Part shown: piece by piece, positions 49,151-59,551 of the stretch
Position numbering within the stretch: the stretch's first letter is position 1
How the letters are laid out: each line of letters starts with the position of its first letter
Made by a program: the position numbers and the translations under genes
The notes under the pieces: generated by a model
Database searches by the model: none
Told to the model about the DNA's origin: nothing
What the model saw: only the letters and a program-made list of their open reading frames with translations
Assembly (NCBI GenBank): GCA_017536685.1
Contig: JAFXGW010000011.1
Coordinates: 25,958-89,957 of the forward strand
DNA from: Clostridia bacterium
Lineage (GTDB): Bacteria; Bacillota; Clostridia; TANB77; CAG-508
Direction of reading: 5' to 3'
Length of the DNA: 64,000 bases

Positions 49151-50644
49151 TTATTTATCTAATAATTTATTGTTTGACTTGATTCCCCCAATAATTTGTC
49201 CAGTTATAGCATCTACATAAATATCTATATAATTTATTTTTTCATCTTCAGTTCTATAATGTAACTTCCAACAAATTCTTTCTTCTCCCGATATTGGTGT
49301 TTTTATATAATCCATTTCAGCAAATTCTTCCTTTGTTAATAAATCTAATCGATCATCTTTATAACCAATGTAAGGTAGAAATTTAAAATTAAAATACTCT
49401 TCAAATTCTCCTCGAACTTCTTCTGCAATGCTTATTGCTTTTTCAGCATCAATTTTTAATTTTTTATCACTTTCTACAAACACAGTGCTGCTATTTCCAC
49501 TTTCTTTTGGAATAATGGCTAGTAACAAACTTTCTCTATTATTTTTTTCTCCATCTACTACAAAATTCCATCTCCAAGCTTCATTACTTGCATATTGTTG
49601 TAAATAATTAAGTTTTTCTCCTGTTTTATAAGCAATTACAACAAAATAAGATTCGAAATCTTTTTCTGTTAGTTCTCTTAATCCAGAATAATTTTCTCTA
49701 AATTTATTATAGGTGTCTAAATAATCTATTCCAAATTTTATTATTCCGCTTTCATTTGGTGTTAATTTCAAAAAGTTTAACTCTTCTCCTTGAGCAATTT
49801 CAACATTTTCAATCAGCTGTTCTCCTGGTTTTAAATCAGTTCCTGTTATCGGATTTTCAGCAATTAACTTTCTATGATATATTTCACCAAAAGCCTCATC
49901 CGAAAAATTAACCACATCGAAATCTTCTGGATCTGGTTTTTCAAAAACTCCATCTGGTGCTTGTTTTAAATACTCATACTCAATAATACTTGCAATTTTT
50001 TTATCCTTATCTTTATATTGTGCAGCTACAGTTAGCAAACTTTCTTTATCTACATATATTTTTTTATAGCCACTACCAAATGGATCAATTGCATAACACT
50101 TTTTTCCGTTATATTCTTCTGTTACAACAATTGGATAAAAAAATCTATATTTTATTTCATTTTTTAATTTTGTAAAAATATTATCTGTCTCAAATTCAAT
50201 TTTTCCTAAAGTATATAAATCATAAATGATACCTTTTGTATTATTGAACTCTTCTTCCATCAATCTTTCTTTATTTCTAGTTATACAAGTTAGTTCTTTT
50301 AATCCATTTTCATTTTCGTAATTTGCAATATAAGAATTGCAAAATTCTTCATTTAGAAACTCCCACGAAGTAATTTCTAAAATATTATTTTCTCCATCAC
50401 TTGTACTACATTTGTGCACTGAGGCATTATTATTTCTATAATATTCATCAATTATTATTTGTCCATCACCTATAAATACATCGTTTCTTGTAATTTTTAT
50501 AAAGTAAGGTTCTGATGAAGAAACAAAATCCATTGTAGTTTTTGAAATTTTTGATAAAATTGAATAGTGATAAATTCTTGTTGCTACTATTAAAATAATT
50601 ATTGCCACAAGACATAATATAAGTATCTTCTTAATCTTTTTCAT
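49151..50644 (-). CDS. membrane-anchored secreted protein with C-terminal PepSY-like segment (tandem paralogue B)
   Basis: 497 aa. Same conserved blocks as 47637..49085. Confidence 0.4.
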   Translation of the reverse strand: MKKIKKILILCLVAIIILIVATRIYHYSILSKISKTTMDFVSSSEPYFIKITRNDVFIGDGQIIIDEYYRNNNASVHKCSTSDGENNILEITSWEFLNEEFCNSYIANYENENGLKELTCITRNKERLMEEEFNNTKGIIYDLYTLGKIEFETDNIFTKLKNEIKYRFFYPIVVTEEYNGKKCYAIDPFGSGYKKIYVDKESLLTVAAQYKDKDKKIASIIEYEYLKQAPDGVFEKPDPEDFDVVNFSDEAFGEIYHRKLIAENPITGTDLKPGEQLIENVEIAQGEELNFLKLTPNESGIIKFGIDYLDTYNKFRENYSGLRELTEKDFESYFVVIAYKTGEKLNYLQQYASNEAWRWNFVVDGEKNNRESLLLAIIPKESGNSSTVFVESDKKLKIDAEKAISIAEEVRGEFEEYFNFKFLPYIGYKDDRLDLLTKEEFAEMDYIKTPISGEERICWKLHYRTEDEKINYIDIYVDAITGQIIGGIKSNNKLLDK

Positions 50645-50757
50645 AAAAATTCCTTTCTTTTGTATATTTTTAAATTTAAATTAATTAGTTATTATAACAA
50701 GCTTGTACCTTCTATCTTATATTAACCATAAAATTTATTCTCTTTATTTGACTTTGT

Positions 50758-51387
50758 TTATTTTATTTTTTTATCTTTTTCGCTTTTTGTAAATAAATTT
50801 TTTATTTTTTCTTTTATGTTTACTGGATTTAAAGCATTTAACAATATAATAGCAGCAATAGATAATCCAAAAGCTCTAATAATTTCTACTACAAATTCTT
50901 TTTTATTATTGAAAACATCTATAAAAGTAGGAATTCTCCAAATTGGCATTAGCATAAATATTATAAAAAATATTAATTCTAAAACTTCACCAATTTTAAT
51001 ATTAGCTTTTCTTGTACTTTCTCTTTCACCTTGTTCTAAATCTTTCAAACTTCTTTTTATATAAAAAATATAATTTATAATCGTTATTGCTATAATCGAT
51101 ATTCCTATAAATACACCTACAATAACATCAGTTCTACTATCTTTAAATGAATTGGCTTTTAATATACAAGCAATTCCTATAGCAATTGTTAAAGTAGAAA
51201 ACAATGTTAAAGTATAAAATTTAGTAACTAACGAAATTAATTCATCAAGTTCAATCTTATTTTTCTTATGATGCTTATGAAATATAAAATAATACGCAAT
51301 ACCAATCGCAATCATATATATTCCAAAAAGAATTGTTATAAGGTTAAAATCTATTTTTTGAAATTCAAATGGTATATTAAAATTCAT
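50758..51387 (-). CDS. polytopic membrane protein, unknown function
   Basis: 209 aa. Four or five TM helices. Confidence 0.35.
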   Translation of the reverse strand: MNFNIPFEFQKIDFNLITILFGIYMIAIGIAYYFIFHKHHKKNKIELDELISLVTKFYTLTLFSTLTIAIGIACILKANSFKDSRTDVIVGVFIGISIIAITIINYIFYIKRSLKDLEQGERESTRKANIKIGEVLELIFFIIFMLMPIWRIPTFIDVFNNKKEFVVEIIRAFGLSIAAIILLNALNPVNIKEKIKNLFTKSEKDKKIK

Positions 51388-51495
51388 ATTTATGCTCCTA
51401 TCACATATAAGTTTTATAATAAATTAGCACCTACTAATTTATATAAATTATTTTTGTAATTTATATTTTATATTATTGCTTAACTTATTTAATAT

Positions 51496-52065
51496 CTAAT
51501 TGTTTATATAATATTTTTTATCCAATGGTTCATCAAATTTTACAACAGGAACTTCAGCTATGTCGATATTGTAAAATTCTTTAAATACACCTTGTACATC
51601 AAGCGATGTTACCTTTGTTTGGTCTACCCCTAACAAATCCATCATATTTTTAACAGAATTTTCATCTTTTCCTTCTATTTCTAAATATGTAGGAATATAA
51701 GGCCAAGAATCAATATCAAGTTCAACATCATTTAAAATATATCGAATTCTTTTATTTTCTTGATAAGTATGAGCTTTATATCCCAATTCTTCTAGCATCT
51801 TATTAGTTTCTTCAAAATCTGAAACTTCAATCTCCATTTCTTTAGTTCCATCTATCGAAAAACTTTCTATTTTCTTTATCGTTAATGTAGTTTTATTTCC
51901 GTCTGTTCTTAATCTTATCCATTTATGGTCTGTTGGTGGATTAAAATTATATACTCTTCGTTTGTAATTAAATTCAGAAACCTTTTTAGCCCCTAAATTT
52001 TCTAGTTTTTTCATAACATTTTCTTTATTTATATCTAAAACTCTTACCTCAAACTCTGTATGCAT
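51496..52065 (-). CDS. CYTH-domain protein (class IV adenylate cyclase / triphosphatase fold)
   Basis: 189 aa. N-terminal HTEFEVRVL (E.E.K-type) motif. Acidic residues distributed along the strands of a beta-barrel. Confidence 0.6.
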   Translation of the reverse strand: MHTEFEVRVLDINKENVMKKLENLGAKKVSEFNYKRRVYNFNPPTDHKWIRLRTDGNKTTLTIKKIESFSIDGTKEMEIEVSDFEETNKMLEELGYKAHTYQENKRIRYILNDVELDIDSWPYIPTYLEIEGKDENSVKNMMDLLGVDQTKVTSLDVQGVFKEFYNIDIAEVPVVKFDEPLDKKYYINN

Positions 52066-52184
52066 TGTCTCCCCCTTAGAATTAATTATTTTACAAAATA
52101 ATTATATATATAATAATCTTTTTTTTCAACAATTTATCAATCATAAAAATTTTTTTAAATCTTAAAGATTGTTTATATAAAATA

Positions 52185-52213
52185 TTGATTTTTATTTTTA
52201 TAAATTGTATAAT
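52185..52213 (+). promoter_or_regulatory. sigma-A-type promoter of tRNA-Thr
   Basis: TTGATT-17 nt-TATAAT, ending 8 nt before the tRNA 5' end. Confidence 0.5.
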
Positions 52214-52221
52214 TCAAATAT

Positions 52222-52297
52222 GCTTATATAGCTCAGTTGGTAGAGCAACAGATTCGTAACCTGTAGGTCGGCGGTTCGATTCCGCCTATAAGCTCCA
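52222..52297 (+). tRNA. tRNA-Thr (anticodon CGT), CCA encoded
   Basis: gcttatatagctcagttggtagagcaacagaTTCGTAAcctgtaggtcggcggttcgattccgcctataagctcca. Perfect 7-bp acceptor. GGTTCGATTCC T-loop. Anticodon loop UU-CGU-AA. Confidence 0.8.
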
Positions 52298-52349
52298 AAA
52301 AACCTCATTAATTGAGTAAATTCCAATTAATGAGGTTTTTTATTTTTTA
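52298..52349. terminator. bidirectional rho-independent terminator
   Basis: 14-bp stem aacctcattaattg/caattaatgaggtt, followed by TTTTTATTTTTT and preceded by AAAAA. Confidence 0.65.
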
Positions 52350-52370
52350 CAACAAATTAAATAATATAAT

Positions 52371-53135
52371 TTATTGTCTTTCACTGTCATTCTTATTATC
52401 TTCTATAAGACCAACATTTCTAATTTCTTCTGTTTTTCCTGTAATATAATCTTGGCTTAATCTATATACTTGTATTCCATAATGCTCCCCACCTGATTCT
52501 GCAACAAAAACAACTTTACCATAGTCCAATATATCAACTTCAGTCATATAATCTATTGCTGCTGCCATTTCAAATTCGTTTGTAATAGTTTCATTATTTC
52601 TGTTCGCAGTTATAACAACTGTTATTTCATCTTTAATATTAGCTGTATAAGATGCTTCATTTACCATATCTGCACCACAATCTATGCTTCCTAATAATTT
52701 AATTTCATTGTTTATTAATTGATAAACATTAACCACACAAGCTTCTCCTCCAGAATATGATACTAGCGCAACTTTTCCAATATTTTTTATATCCATCGTT
52801 CCAGTCTTATCAATCATGGCTCCCAATTCAAATTCCTTTGAGATTTCATTTCCATCTTGTATAGCTTTTATCGTAGCATACATTTCATCTCTAATAGTAA
52901 TTGTATATTCAATATCATCAGTATCTAAATTACCATTTTTTTCATAATAAGTTGTTACATTTTGGTCTTTTTCTTCTAAATATGTATATTCCATTTTCAT
53001 TTCATAAATAATGCAAGCCATTATACAAATAATTATAATCATTCCTACCATTATTAATGATGACAAAGTAATTTTACATTTATTATTTTTTTCCATTATA
53101 TTTATTCCTTTCTTACAAATAATTATATAGCACAA
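52371..53135 (-). CDS. membrane-anchored protein with two internal ~70-aa repeats
   Basis: 254 aa; the true start is probably MEKNNK, 13 codons in. TM anchor. Repeats ITxNxxxIxNEFEx(G/A)AxID..(T/E)xDIxxxGKVxxVxxSGGE. Confidence 0.4.
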   Translation of the reverse strand: MCYIIICKKGINIMEKNNKCKITLSSLIMVGMIIIICIMACIIYEMKMEYTYLEEKDQNVTTYYEKNGNLDTDDIEYTITIRDEMYATIKAIQDGNEISKEFELGAMIDKTGTMDIKNIGKVALVSYSGGEACVVNVYQLINNEIKLLGSIDCGADMVNEASYTANIKDEITVVITANRNNETITNEFEMAAAIDYMTEVDILDYGKVVFVAESGGEHYGIQVYRLSQDYITGKTEEIRNVGLIEDNKNDSERQ

Positions 53136-53177
53136 AAGAAGAAATTTTCACATACAATTTCTTCTTTTGTGCATTTA

Positions 53178-56100
53178 TTAATCTTCTGCAACTATAAAAT
53201 TATATGGTATTGTTAATAGTTCGCCTTCACTATTTTTTACTCTAAATAGTAATCTATAAGTTGAATTTGCTGTTGTTGAAGATAACCTCATTGTTACTTT
53301 ATTAGTTCCCTCTATTGCATTAACATCGAATACTCCTATATTGTGATTTGTTGTATTATTAACTTGATTTAATCTGTCTGTTACCTTTTGATATGCTGTT
53401 CCTACTTTTTGTTGAAGCTCGACTGTTACAGCACAATCAGCGGCTGATAAATATTCAAATGTGGTTTCTAAATTTTCACTCAAATCATTTTTATGCAATA
53501 CTCTTTTATTCATATTAGTTATTTTTAATGCAGGATTTACTCTTCCTTCTGATTTTATTGTTATTTTTCCGCTTCCAACTAATTCTCCTGCCATTGGTAA
53601 ATTTGCATTTGCTGTTGCTGATACCCAAAGTTCCACTTCAAATACATATGGTGTTTCTGCATTTGGTAGCATTCCTGAATTCATTTGTATTGTAATTGTA
53701 TCTGTTAAATTTGATATATCATTTAAAGGAATTATAAATTGTTTATTTGCATTTAAATAATAACTTTCATTTTCTATAATCAAATTTGTATCTGAGGCAA
53801 TATTATCTGGCACTTTTATTATTAATGAAAGTTTTCTTCCATCATATTTTGATTCTGCTCCTTCTGTATCTTGCATAGAATATGATATTTCAAAGTTTTC
53901 TCCAAAATTAGCATTTGCTGGAACAGTCAATTCAAATGTCCTTTTACCTTTTGTTGTAAAAGTCAATTCTTTTGAATTAAAATTATCTACCGAATCATTA
54001 CTACTTTCCAAAATCATTTTTACAGTATAAGTTCCTATATTCATATAGCCTGATGAACATTTTGAAAAATCCACAATTACTAAGAATTTTTGTTCTATTG
54101 TATCTGCTCCAGTTAACAATGCATAATCTTTTGTTTGCAATGTTCCCATTGCTGTAAAATTTTGAAGATCAATATTTGAAATTGCACTATTTACTTCATA
54201 ATACCAATAATTTGGATTTTGAAAATCTGTTAATTCTGCCAAAATAATATTTGTTCCCACAGGCAAACTATTAGAAAAACTTATGCATTGTCCATCATAC
54301 AAGTCTGGTATATAACTTAAAACAAATTGTGTTGTAAAGGCTGAGTCTTGACTTATTGATACTTCTTCTGTTATCTCATCAAACATTACAAATCTTTTCC
54401 CTGATGCAATTGATGATTTTGGATCTGTTGCTTGTTTAATTTCTCTATTTATATTAATTTTTTGTTTAATTGTAACTCCATTATCGCTTGTTAAAGTTAC
54501 TATAATATAACGAATTTGTGAGTTATCACTAAGCTGATTTGCATTATATATTTTAAATGTAAACTCTGGCGCTGAATTTTCTAATAAAGTTCCAACTTCT
54601 ATTGGCATTGTTTGACTACTGCTTAATATATCTTTTTCTAAGCTCCCCATGTTTGCCGTTATTGCAAATGTTTTATTTGCATCTGTTCCTGGCATATCAA
54701 CATTTGCTTCTATATATTGTTTTGTTTGTAATGTTGCATTATAAAGTTCAACACCTGTTATTGAAAACGTATGTGCATTTTTAAATTGAGGGAATACAGT
54801 TTCTTCAACTGTAACAGTATTTACATTTCCATCTATCTTTGGCTGCATATCTGGTGCTGCTGTTAATGTAATCTCATCTAGCTCCATAGAATATTTCAAA
54901 TCAACAGTTACTAATGATGTCGAAAAGTTTCCCGCAGTTTCTCTATCATTGTTTATATGTTTATAATAACCTCCAGAATGCCAAACATTTATGGCTCCAG
55001 CTTCAACACCATAATCCTCTCCACTATATTGCATTTTAATAGATATTCTTGATCTATCACCATTTTCAATTCTTTCCTTATTTAAAGTAATTTTTATTAA
55101 AGTTACTTTTTCCCATAATAAGTTTTCGTTTGTTTCAATTTCTTCAGCAGTATACCAGTTTTCAAGTTCTTTTGCTTCTACATAACTTACACCTTCTGCA
55201 AAAGAATATTGTATACTTAGAAAATCATCACCAGTTTTAGTAGTTTTTTCTATCATCTCAAAATCAAAGAATTTTGTCGAATCTCCCGATATTAAGAAAT
55301 TATCTACTGTAGAAGTCTTTTTAGGTATTGGTATATAGTATTCAAACCCTTCTGCGTTTCCACCACTAAAACATCCTATATCTATATTATAATTTACAAT
55401 ATCTGTTTCTGCTAACAAGGATTGCTCTGTTCCTTCTTCTGTTATAGAACCTTGCCTATCTACAGATATACTATTGGTTATATCTAAAGTTGCTGTTTCA
55501 GCTACTATTTGACAACTTGCTGTATTGTTTGATCTTACGCAAGCAATATTATCTGTTGTTGAACCATTTTCATTTAAATCATATATATCTGTTTTTTTAG
55601 ACCAGCTATAAGTTCCTGAACCAGCATTAGTTTGCTTGTACCCAGCTGTAACTAATATATCTTTAGCAAATAAAGTTGAACTATCTATAGTATATGCAGT
55701 ATCTAATTGCATATTAAATTTTACATAGCTACCTGTTGAAAGCACCGCTAAACTTTCTGTAGCATATCCTACACATATATCCGATGGTAATTTTATTATC
55801 CATAATATAGTACCATTCCCTAAATCTCTGGTAGATACTTGAAAGCCAGTAATAGATACTCCTTTAGAAGTAGAAAAAGCTATTGATTGTTCATTTATAG
55901 ATACATCTTTTGGTAAAATTGCACCTAAAGTCATTCCTTTTATCCACGTACAGTTTCCATAAGGATATTTTACTGCTTCTATTCGTCCTGAAAGTTCAAC
56001 ACTTTCGCCAGCTTCTATTGTTGATTTACTCATTGCTACATTTTCTAACATATATGTAGGATTACTTGACGTTTGTAAAGGAGTTTTTGCAGTTCCATTA

Positions 56101-58238
56101 AGTGTAGCTATATCTGGATTAGAAGATACAACTTTAATTGTACTTGATGGGGATTGACCACTTTGTGCATTTTCATTTATATATCCAAAATAGTTTCCTG
56201 GACCTGTATGCTCATTATTTGATTGATAAGCATATAATTTATGTCCCGCTTTAATTGTATTTAAAGTATATTCTATTGTTTTAAAATAATAATTTCTTTG
56301 TGATTCTGGTAATAGCCCTCTTCTAATGGTATTACGTAATCCTGCAGTAGAAGTTTTATTGTAATAACTATTTTTAATAGAATATTCCCATTCTCCAATA
56401 GCACCTTCTAAAGTTTCTTCTACTCTTTCTCCAGCATCATTTAAAAATACTCTAATTCCATCTTCGTCTACTAAAGTATATTTTATATTTATATATTCTT
56501 GAACAGTATCAGCATGAGTATTTACAGTTGTAACTTTAATTAAATTTGTATTTTCAGTATCAAAAGTCCAATAAAAAGTTTTTTCACAGCTATCTCCTGT
56601 TCCTTTATTCTCTAGCCAAAATCCACCAAGCTCAGAAATTGCTCCAGTAGGTCTTTCTGTAATTGTTGCCGACTTTGAGCCCGCCGATAACGTTACCTTT
56701 TCTAAGTTTTCTTTTTGATATGTAATTTGATACATAGTTTGTGAAAACAACGATATATTTTCTGTTCCATTTTTACTATCTACTGTTGCTGTGACTTTTC
56801 CATTATAAAAAGCAAAAGAGTTTGCATCTAAAGCTAGTAATTCTTCACTTAAAGGTCCAAGATTAAATTTTATTACTGTTCCAGTAGAACTATAATAATT
56901 ATCAAAAGTTATTGTAAAAATACCATTTGATTCTAATTGACTCGACTCTATTTGATAAGATGGATTACTTATATTCGGAAATGTTATTTCATCTACATTT
57001 GGTAATAAGAAATGTTTATTACTGTCAGCATCTGTATAATATGGACATTGTACTTTCATTATTACTTTATTAAAAAATAATTTTATTCCACTCTCTGAAG
57101 ACGGTGAATATGTTATTGTTGCTGTAACTGTCTTGTCCTTTAAAACTGTTACTGCTGATACATTATTGTTTCCATCTATTGCCAAATAATTAGCTGAACT
57201 AAAAGAAATTTTAGTTCCTGCTGTCGCTTTTCCAATTAATAATTTCTGTAATTGTGTAATATTTTCTTCTGTATCTTTTTTCGAAAGACTTACAGTTATA
57301 GGTGCAACTCCATCTGGAGTTAAATTCGAGTTTGCCCTTTTGTCCCATAAATTAGTATCATATCTAATTTCAAGCTGAATAGTTCCACTTATTCCCATTC
57401 TATTCATAACAAATTTTGCAGTACCACTATAAGTATTTACTTGATAAGTTCCTCCATTATTCACTGCTAATGGTTCGTTTTGAGTAAATTCTACTGCTTG
57501 ATATCCACTTGGTGCAATTAATTCTGTAGCAACAATATAAAATTCTTCTGGTAATTCAACTGTAACTATATATGTATTCCCATCTGCTGGAACATTTGGA
57601 TCTATTTGTAAATATTTACTGGTATCATATTTCCAGCCATCTACTTGTGCACCTTCTTCTGTAAGTACTGTTCCAGTTCCTTCACTATATTGATTTGTAT
57701 CATATAAAACTGCTTGTAATGAATAACTTGTTGTATCATTACTAACCACTGTTTCCCCTTGAGTTGTGTTGCTTGAAGTTGCATCTTCTGATAATAAATT
57801 TGTAGTACCACTACTAAATGTAGCAAATTTTAGTGCTTCGTCTTTTGTTACATTATTTGAAATGTTGTTTTCTATTGTTGTATTTTCTGACACAGAATTT
57901 GATATCGTATTTTCTGTTATCTTATTTTCTAACGTATTTGAAACTATATTTTCTTTTATTTGATTTTGTAATTCATTGTTTGAATTTGTATCGTTATTAA
58001 TTTCATTTTCTATTGAATTAGTAAAATTATTTGAAATAGAATTGTTATCTATTATGTTTTGGGATAAATTATTTTGAACTATATCTTCTGTTCTTAGTGA
58101 AGCATCTAATGCGTTTTCTTCTGCTGATGTCACAATTTCATCAGCTTTAGAAAATAGCATTTTACCAGGTAAAAATGCTATTATTAAAATTATTAACATT
58201 AACAAATATTTCCATACACTCTTTCGTTTATGGCGCAT
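53178..58238 (-). CDS. giant secreted surface protein (1686 aa) with N-terminal signal, Asn/Ser-rich low-complexity region and long beta-rich body
   Basis: Signal MRHKRKSVWKYLLMLIILIIAFLPGKMLFSKADE, possibly of SipW-cognate type. Residues ~55-135 are N/S/I/E-rich octad-like repeats. No LPXTG or C-terminal anchor. Its C-terminal ~400 aa are paralogous to 62676..63890. Confidence 0.6.
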   Translation of the reverse strand: MRHKRKSVWKYLLMLIILIIAFLPGKMLFSKADEIVTSAEENALDASLRTEDIVQNNLSQNIIDNNSISNNFTNSIENEINNDTNSNNELQNQIKENIVSNTLENKITENTISNSVSENTTIENNISNNVTKDEALKFATFSSGTTNLLSEDATSSNTTQGETVVSNDTTSYSLQAVLYDTNQYSEGTGTVLTEEGAQVDGWKYDTSKYLQIDPNVPADGNTYIVTVELPEEFYIVATELIAPSGYQAVEFTQNEPLAVNNGGTYQVNTYSGTAKFVMNRMGISGTIQLEIRYDTNLWDKRANSNLTPDGVAPITVSLSKKDTEENITQLQKLLIGKATAGTKISFSSANYLAIDGNNNVSAVTVLKDKTVTATITYSPSSESGIKLFFNKVIMKVQCPYYTDADSNKHFLLPNVDEITFPNISNPSYQIESSQLESNGIFTITFDNYYSSTGTVIKFNLGPLSEELLALDANSFAFYNGKVTATVDSKNGTENISLFSQTMYQITYQKENLEKVTLSAGSKSATITERPTGAISELGGFWLENKGTGDSCEKTFYWTFDTENTNLIKVTTVNTHADTVQEYINIKYTLVDEDGIRVFLNDAGERVEETLEGAIGEWEYSIKNSYYNKTSTAGLRNTIRRGLLPESQRNYYFKTIEYTLNTIKAGHKLYAYQSNNEHTGPGNYFGYINENAQSGQSPSSTIKVVSSNPDIATLNGTAKTPLQTSSNPTYMLENVAMSKSTIEAGESVELSGRIEAVKYPYGNCTWIKGMTLGAILPKDVSINEQSIAFSTSKGVSITGFQVSTRDLGNGTILWIIKLPSDICVGYATESLAVLSTGSYVKFNMQLDTAYTIDSSTLFAKDILVTAGYKQTNAGSGTYSWSKKTDIYDLNENGSTTDNIACVRSNNTASCQIVAETATLDITNSISVDRQGSITEEGTEQSLLAETDIVNYNIDIGCFSGGNAEGFEYYIPIPKKTSTVDNFLISGDSTKFFDFEMIEKTTKTGDDFLSIQYSFAEGVSYVEAKELENWYTAEEIETNENLLWEKVTLIKITLNKERIENGDRSRISIKMQYSGEDYGVEAGAINVWHSGGYYKHINNDRETAGNFSTSLVTVDLKYSMELDEITLTAAPDMQPKIDGNVNTVTVEETVFPQFKNAHTFSITGVELYNATLQTKQYIEANVDMPGTDANKTFAITANMGSLEKDILSSSQTMPIEVGTLLENSAPEFTFKIYNANQLSDNSQIRYIIVTLTSDNGVTIKQKININREIKQATDPKSSIASGKRFVMFDEITEEVSISQDSAFTTQFVLSYIPDLYDGQCISFSNSLPVGTNIILAELTDFQNPNYWYYEVNSAISNIDLQNFTAMGTLQTKDYALLTGADTIEQKFLVIVDFSKCSSGYMNIGTYTVKMILESSNDSVDNFNSKELTFTTKGKRTFELTVPANANFGENFEISYSMQDTEGAESKYDGRKLSLIIKVPDNIASDTNLIIENESYYLNANKQFIIPLNDISNLTDTITIQMNSGMLPNAETPYVFEVELWVSATANANLPMAGELVGSGKITIKSEGRVNPALKITNMNKRVLHKNDLSENLETTFEYLSAADCAVTVELQQKVGTAYQKVTDRLNQVNNTTNHNIGVFDVNAIEGTNKVTMRLSSTTANSTYRLLFRVKNSEGELLTIPYNFIVAED

Positions 58239-58243
58239 ATATA

Positions 58244-59017
58244 TTAATTCCTTTCTACTGAAAAATCATCTTTGCTATAACTTGAACTTGGTTGCTTTTT
58301 AAAAAACGGAAGCGTATATTCTGAATTAGCTTCAAATGTTATCGTTGCACTTCCTTGTAAATACCCAGTATTCACCCCTGAAAACTTCTCATTAGTACTA
58401 TCAGGTGCTACTCCTGCTGGCCAGCTAATATTTATATCTCCAGAATAATCTTCCGTTTGTATTGTTAGTTGTAATATCGGACTATTAGCCGAATCATGTA
58501 TTTCATATATAATATCTTCTTCTTTTTCTGTCAAAACAAAAGATGCTCTAAGAGTTCTTTCATATGGTTTTATCGCTTTTGCAGTTATTAAATATGTTCC
58601 TGTTGGTAAATTAGTAAATTCTATTGTTTTCTCTTCTACATTTTTGTTAGAAAGCTTTCCTGTCTTTTCTTTAATAATATTACCTTCCTTATCTTGAACC
58701 GTATTTCCATGTATATCAGTTATATTTACAACATATTGTGTTTCTACATCAGAATATCTTAATTCATCAATATTATTACTTAAAGAAAAAGAAATTGAAT
58801 CTTTTCCTTTTTCATAAGTATAAGCTTTAGGATTTGTGTTATCTGAAAGTAAATCACTTTCAAAATAGAAACTTTTCGCTTCATATACAATATCTTTATT
58901 TTTTTCAAATACATACTTTGCTAAAGACCCACCAATTAACATAATTGGTATTAATACTAAAAATATTTTATTAAAATTTAATTGTCTTTTTGTATTATAT
59001 CTTCTTTTCTTAGACAT
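58244..59017 (-). CDS. secreted protein with SipW-cognate (TasA/camelysin-type) signal peptide
   Basis: 257 aa. Basic N-terminus + hydrophobic core, then IGGSLAKYVFE, resembling the GGTxAYFSD SipW-cognate consensus. Confidence 0.4.
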   Translation of the reverse strand: MSKKRRYNTKRQLNFNKIFLVLIPIMLIGGSLAKYVFEKNKDIVYEAKSFYFESDLLSDNTNPKAYTYEKGKDSISFSLSNNIDELRYSDVETQYVVNITDIHGNTVQDKEGNIIKEKTGKLSNKNVEEKTIEFTNLPTGTYLITAKAIKPYERTLRASFVLTEKEEDIIYEIHDSANSPILQLTIQTEDYSGDINISWPAGVAPDSTNEKFSGVNTGYLQGSATITFEANSEYTLPFFKKQPSSSYSKDDFSVERN

Positions 59018-59029
59018 TTTATATCCTTT

Positions 59030-59551
59030 CTAATCAGTTTGAGTAGCTAGCACTTTTATAGCAAAATGTTCAATCTCTAAAGCATAGGCTTCATCATTTT
59101 TATCTTCTGGCCAATTTATTTTCAAATAAAGAGTCATTTCTTGTTCTCTATCTGCAGTAAATTTAAAATCATCTTCACTATAAATTCCATTTTCATCTGG
59201 CTCTAATATTTCTGTACAATATTCATCCTTATACAAACCATATGTTAATGGTAAATTTTCTATAGCACTTCTTTTTATTTCTAATGAAAAACTTTGCCCA
59301 ACTTCGCACACTCTGTCACCATCTTTATTAGTAATGACAATTGGGCAAACAACTGGGTCACTTCCAGGATATGCTTCAATTGGAATTTGGGCATCTACTA
59401 AGACATCTGTAGCCATAATTGCAACTCTTGTTGTACTGTCTCTTGCTACAGTCGATTCATATCTTGAAAATGATATAGACAATATAATTATTGTTGTTAT
59501 AAAACATAAGAATATTAAATTATGAGATTTTATCTTATTCTCATTTCTCAT
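59030..59551 (-). CDS. small secreted protein, possible SipW substrate
   Basis: 173 aa. N-terminal hydrophobic core followed by SFSRYEST. The start overlaps the end of sipW by 11 nt. Confidence 0.35.
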   Translation of the reverse strand: MRNENKIKSHNLIFLCFITTIIILSISFSRYESTVARDSTTRVAIMATDVLVDAQIPIEAYPGSDPVVCPIVITNKDGDRVCEVGQSFSLEIKRSAIENLPLTYGLYKDEYCTEILEPDENGIYSEDDFKFTADREQEMTLYLKINWPEDKNDEAYALEIEHFAIKVLATQTD

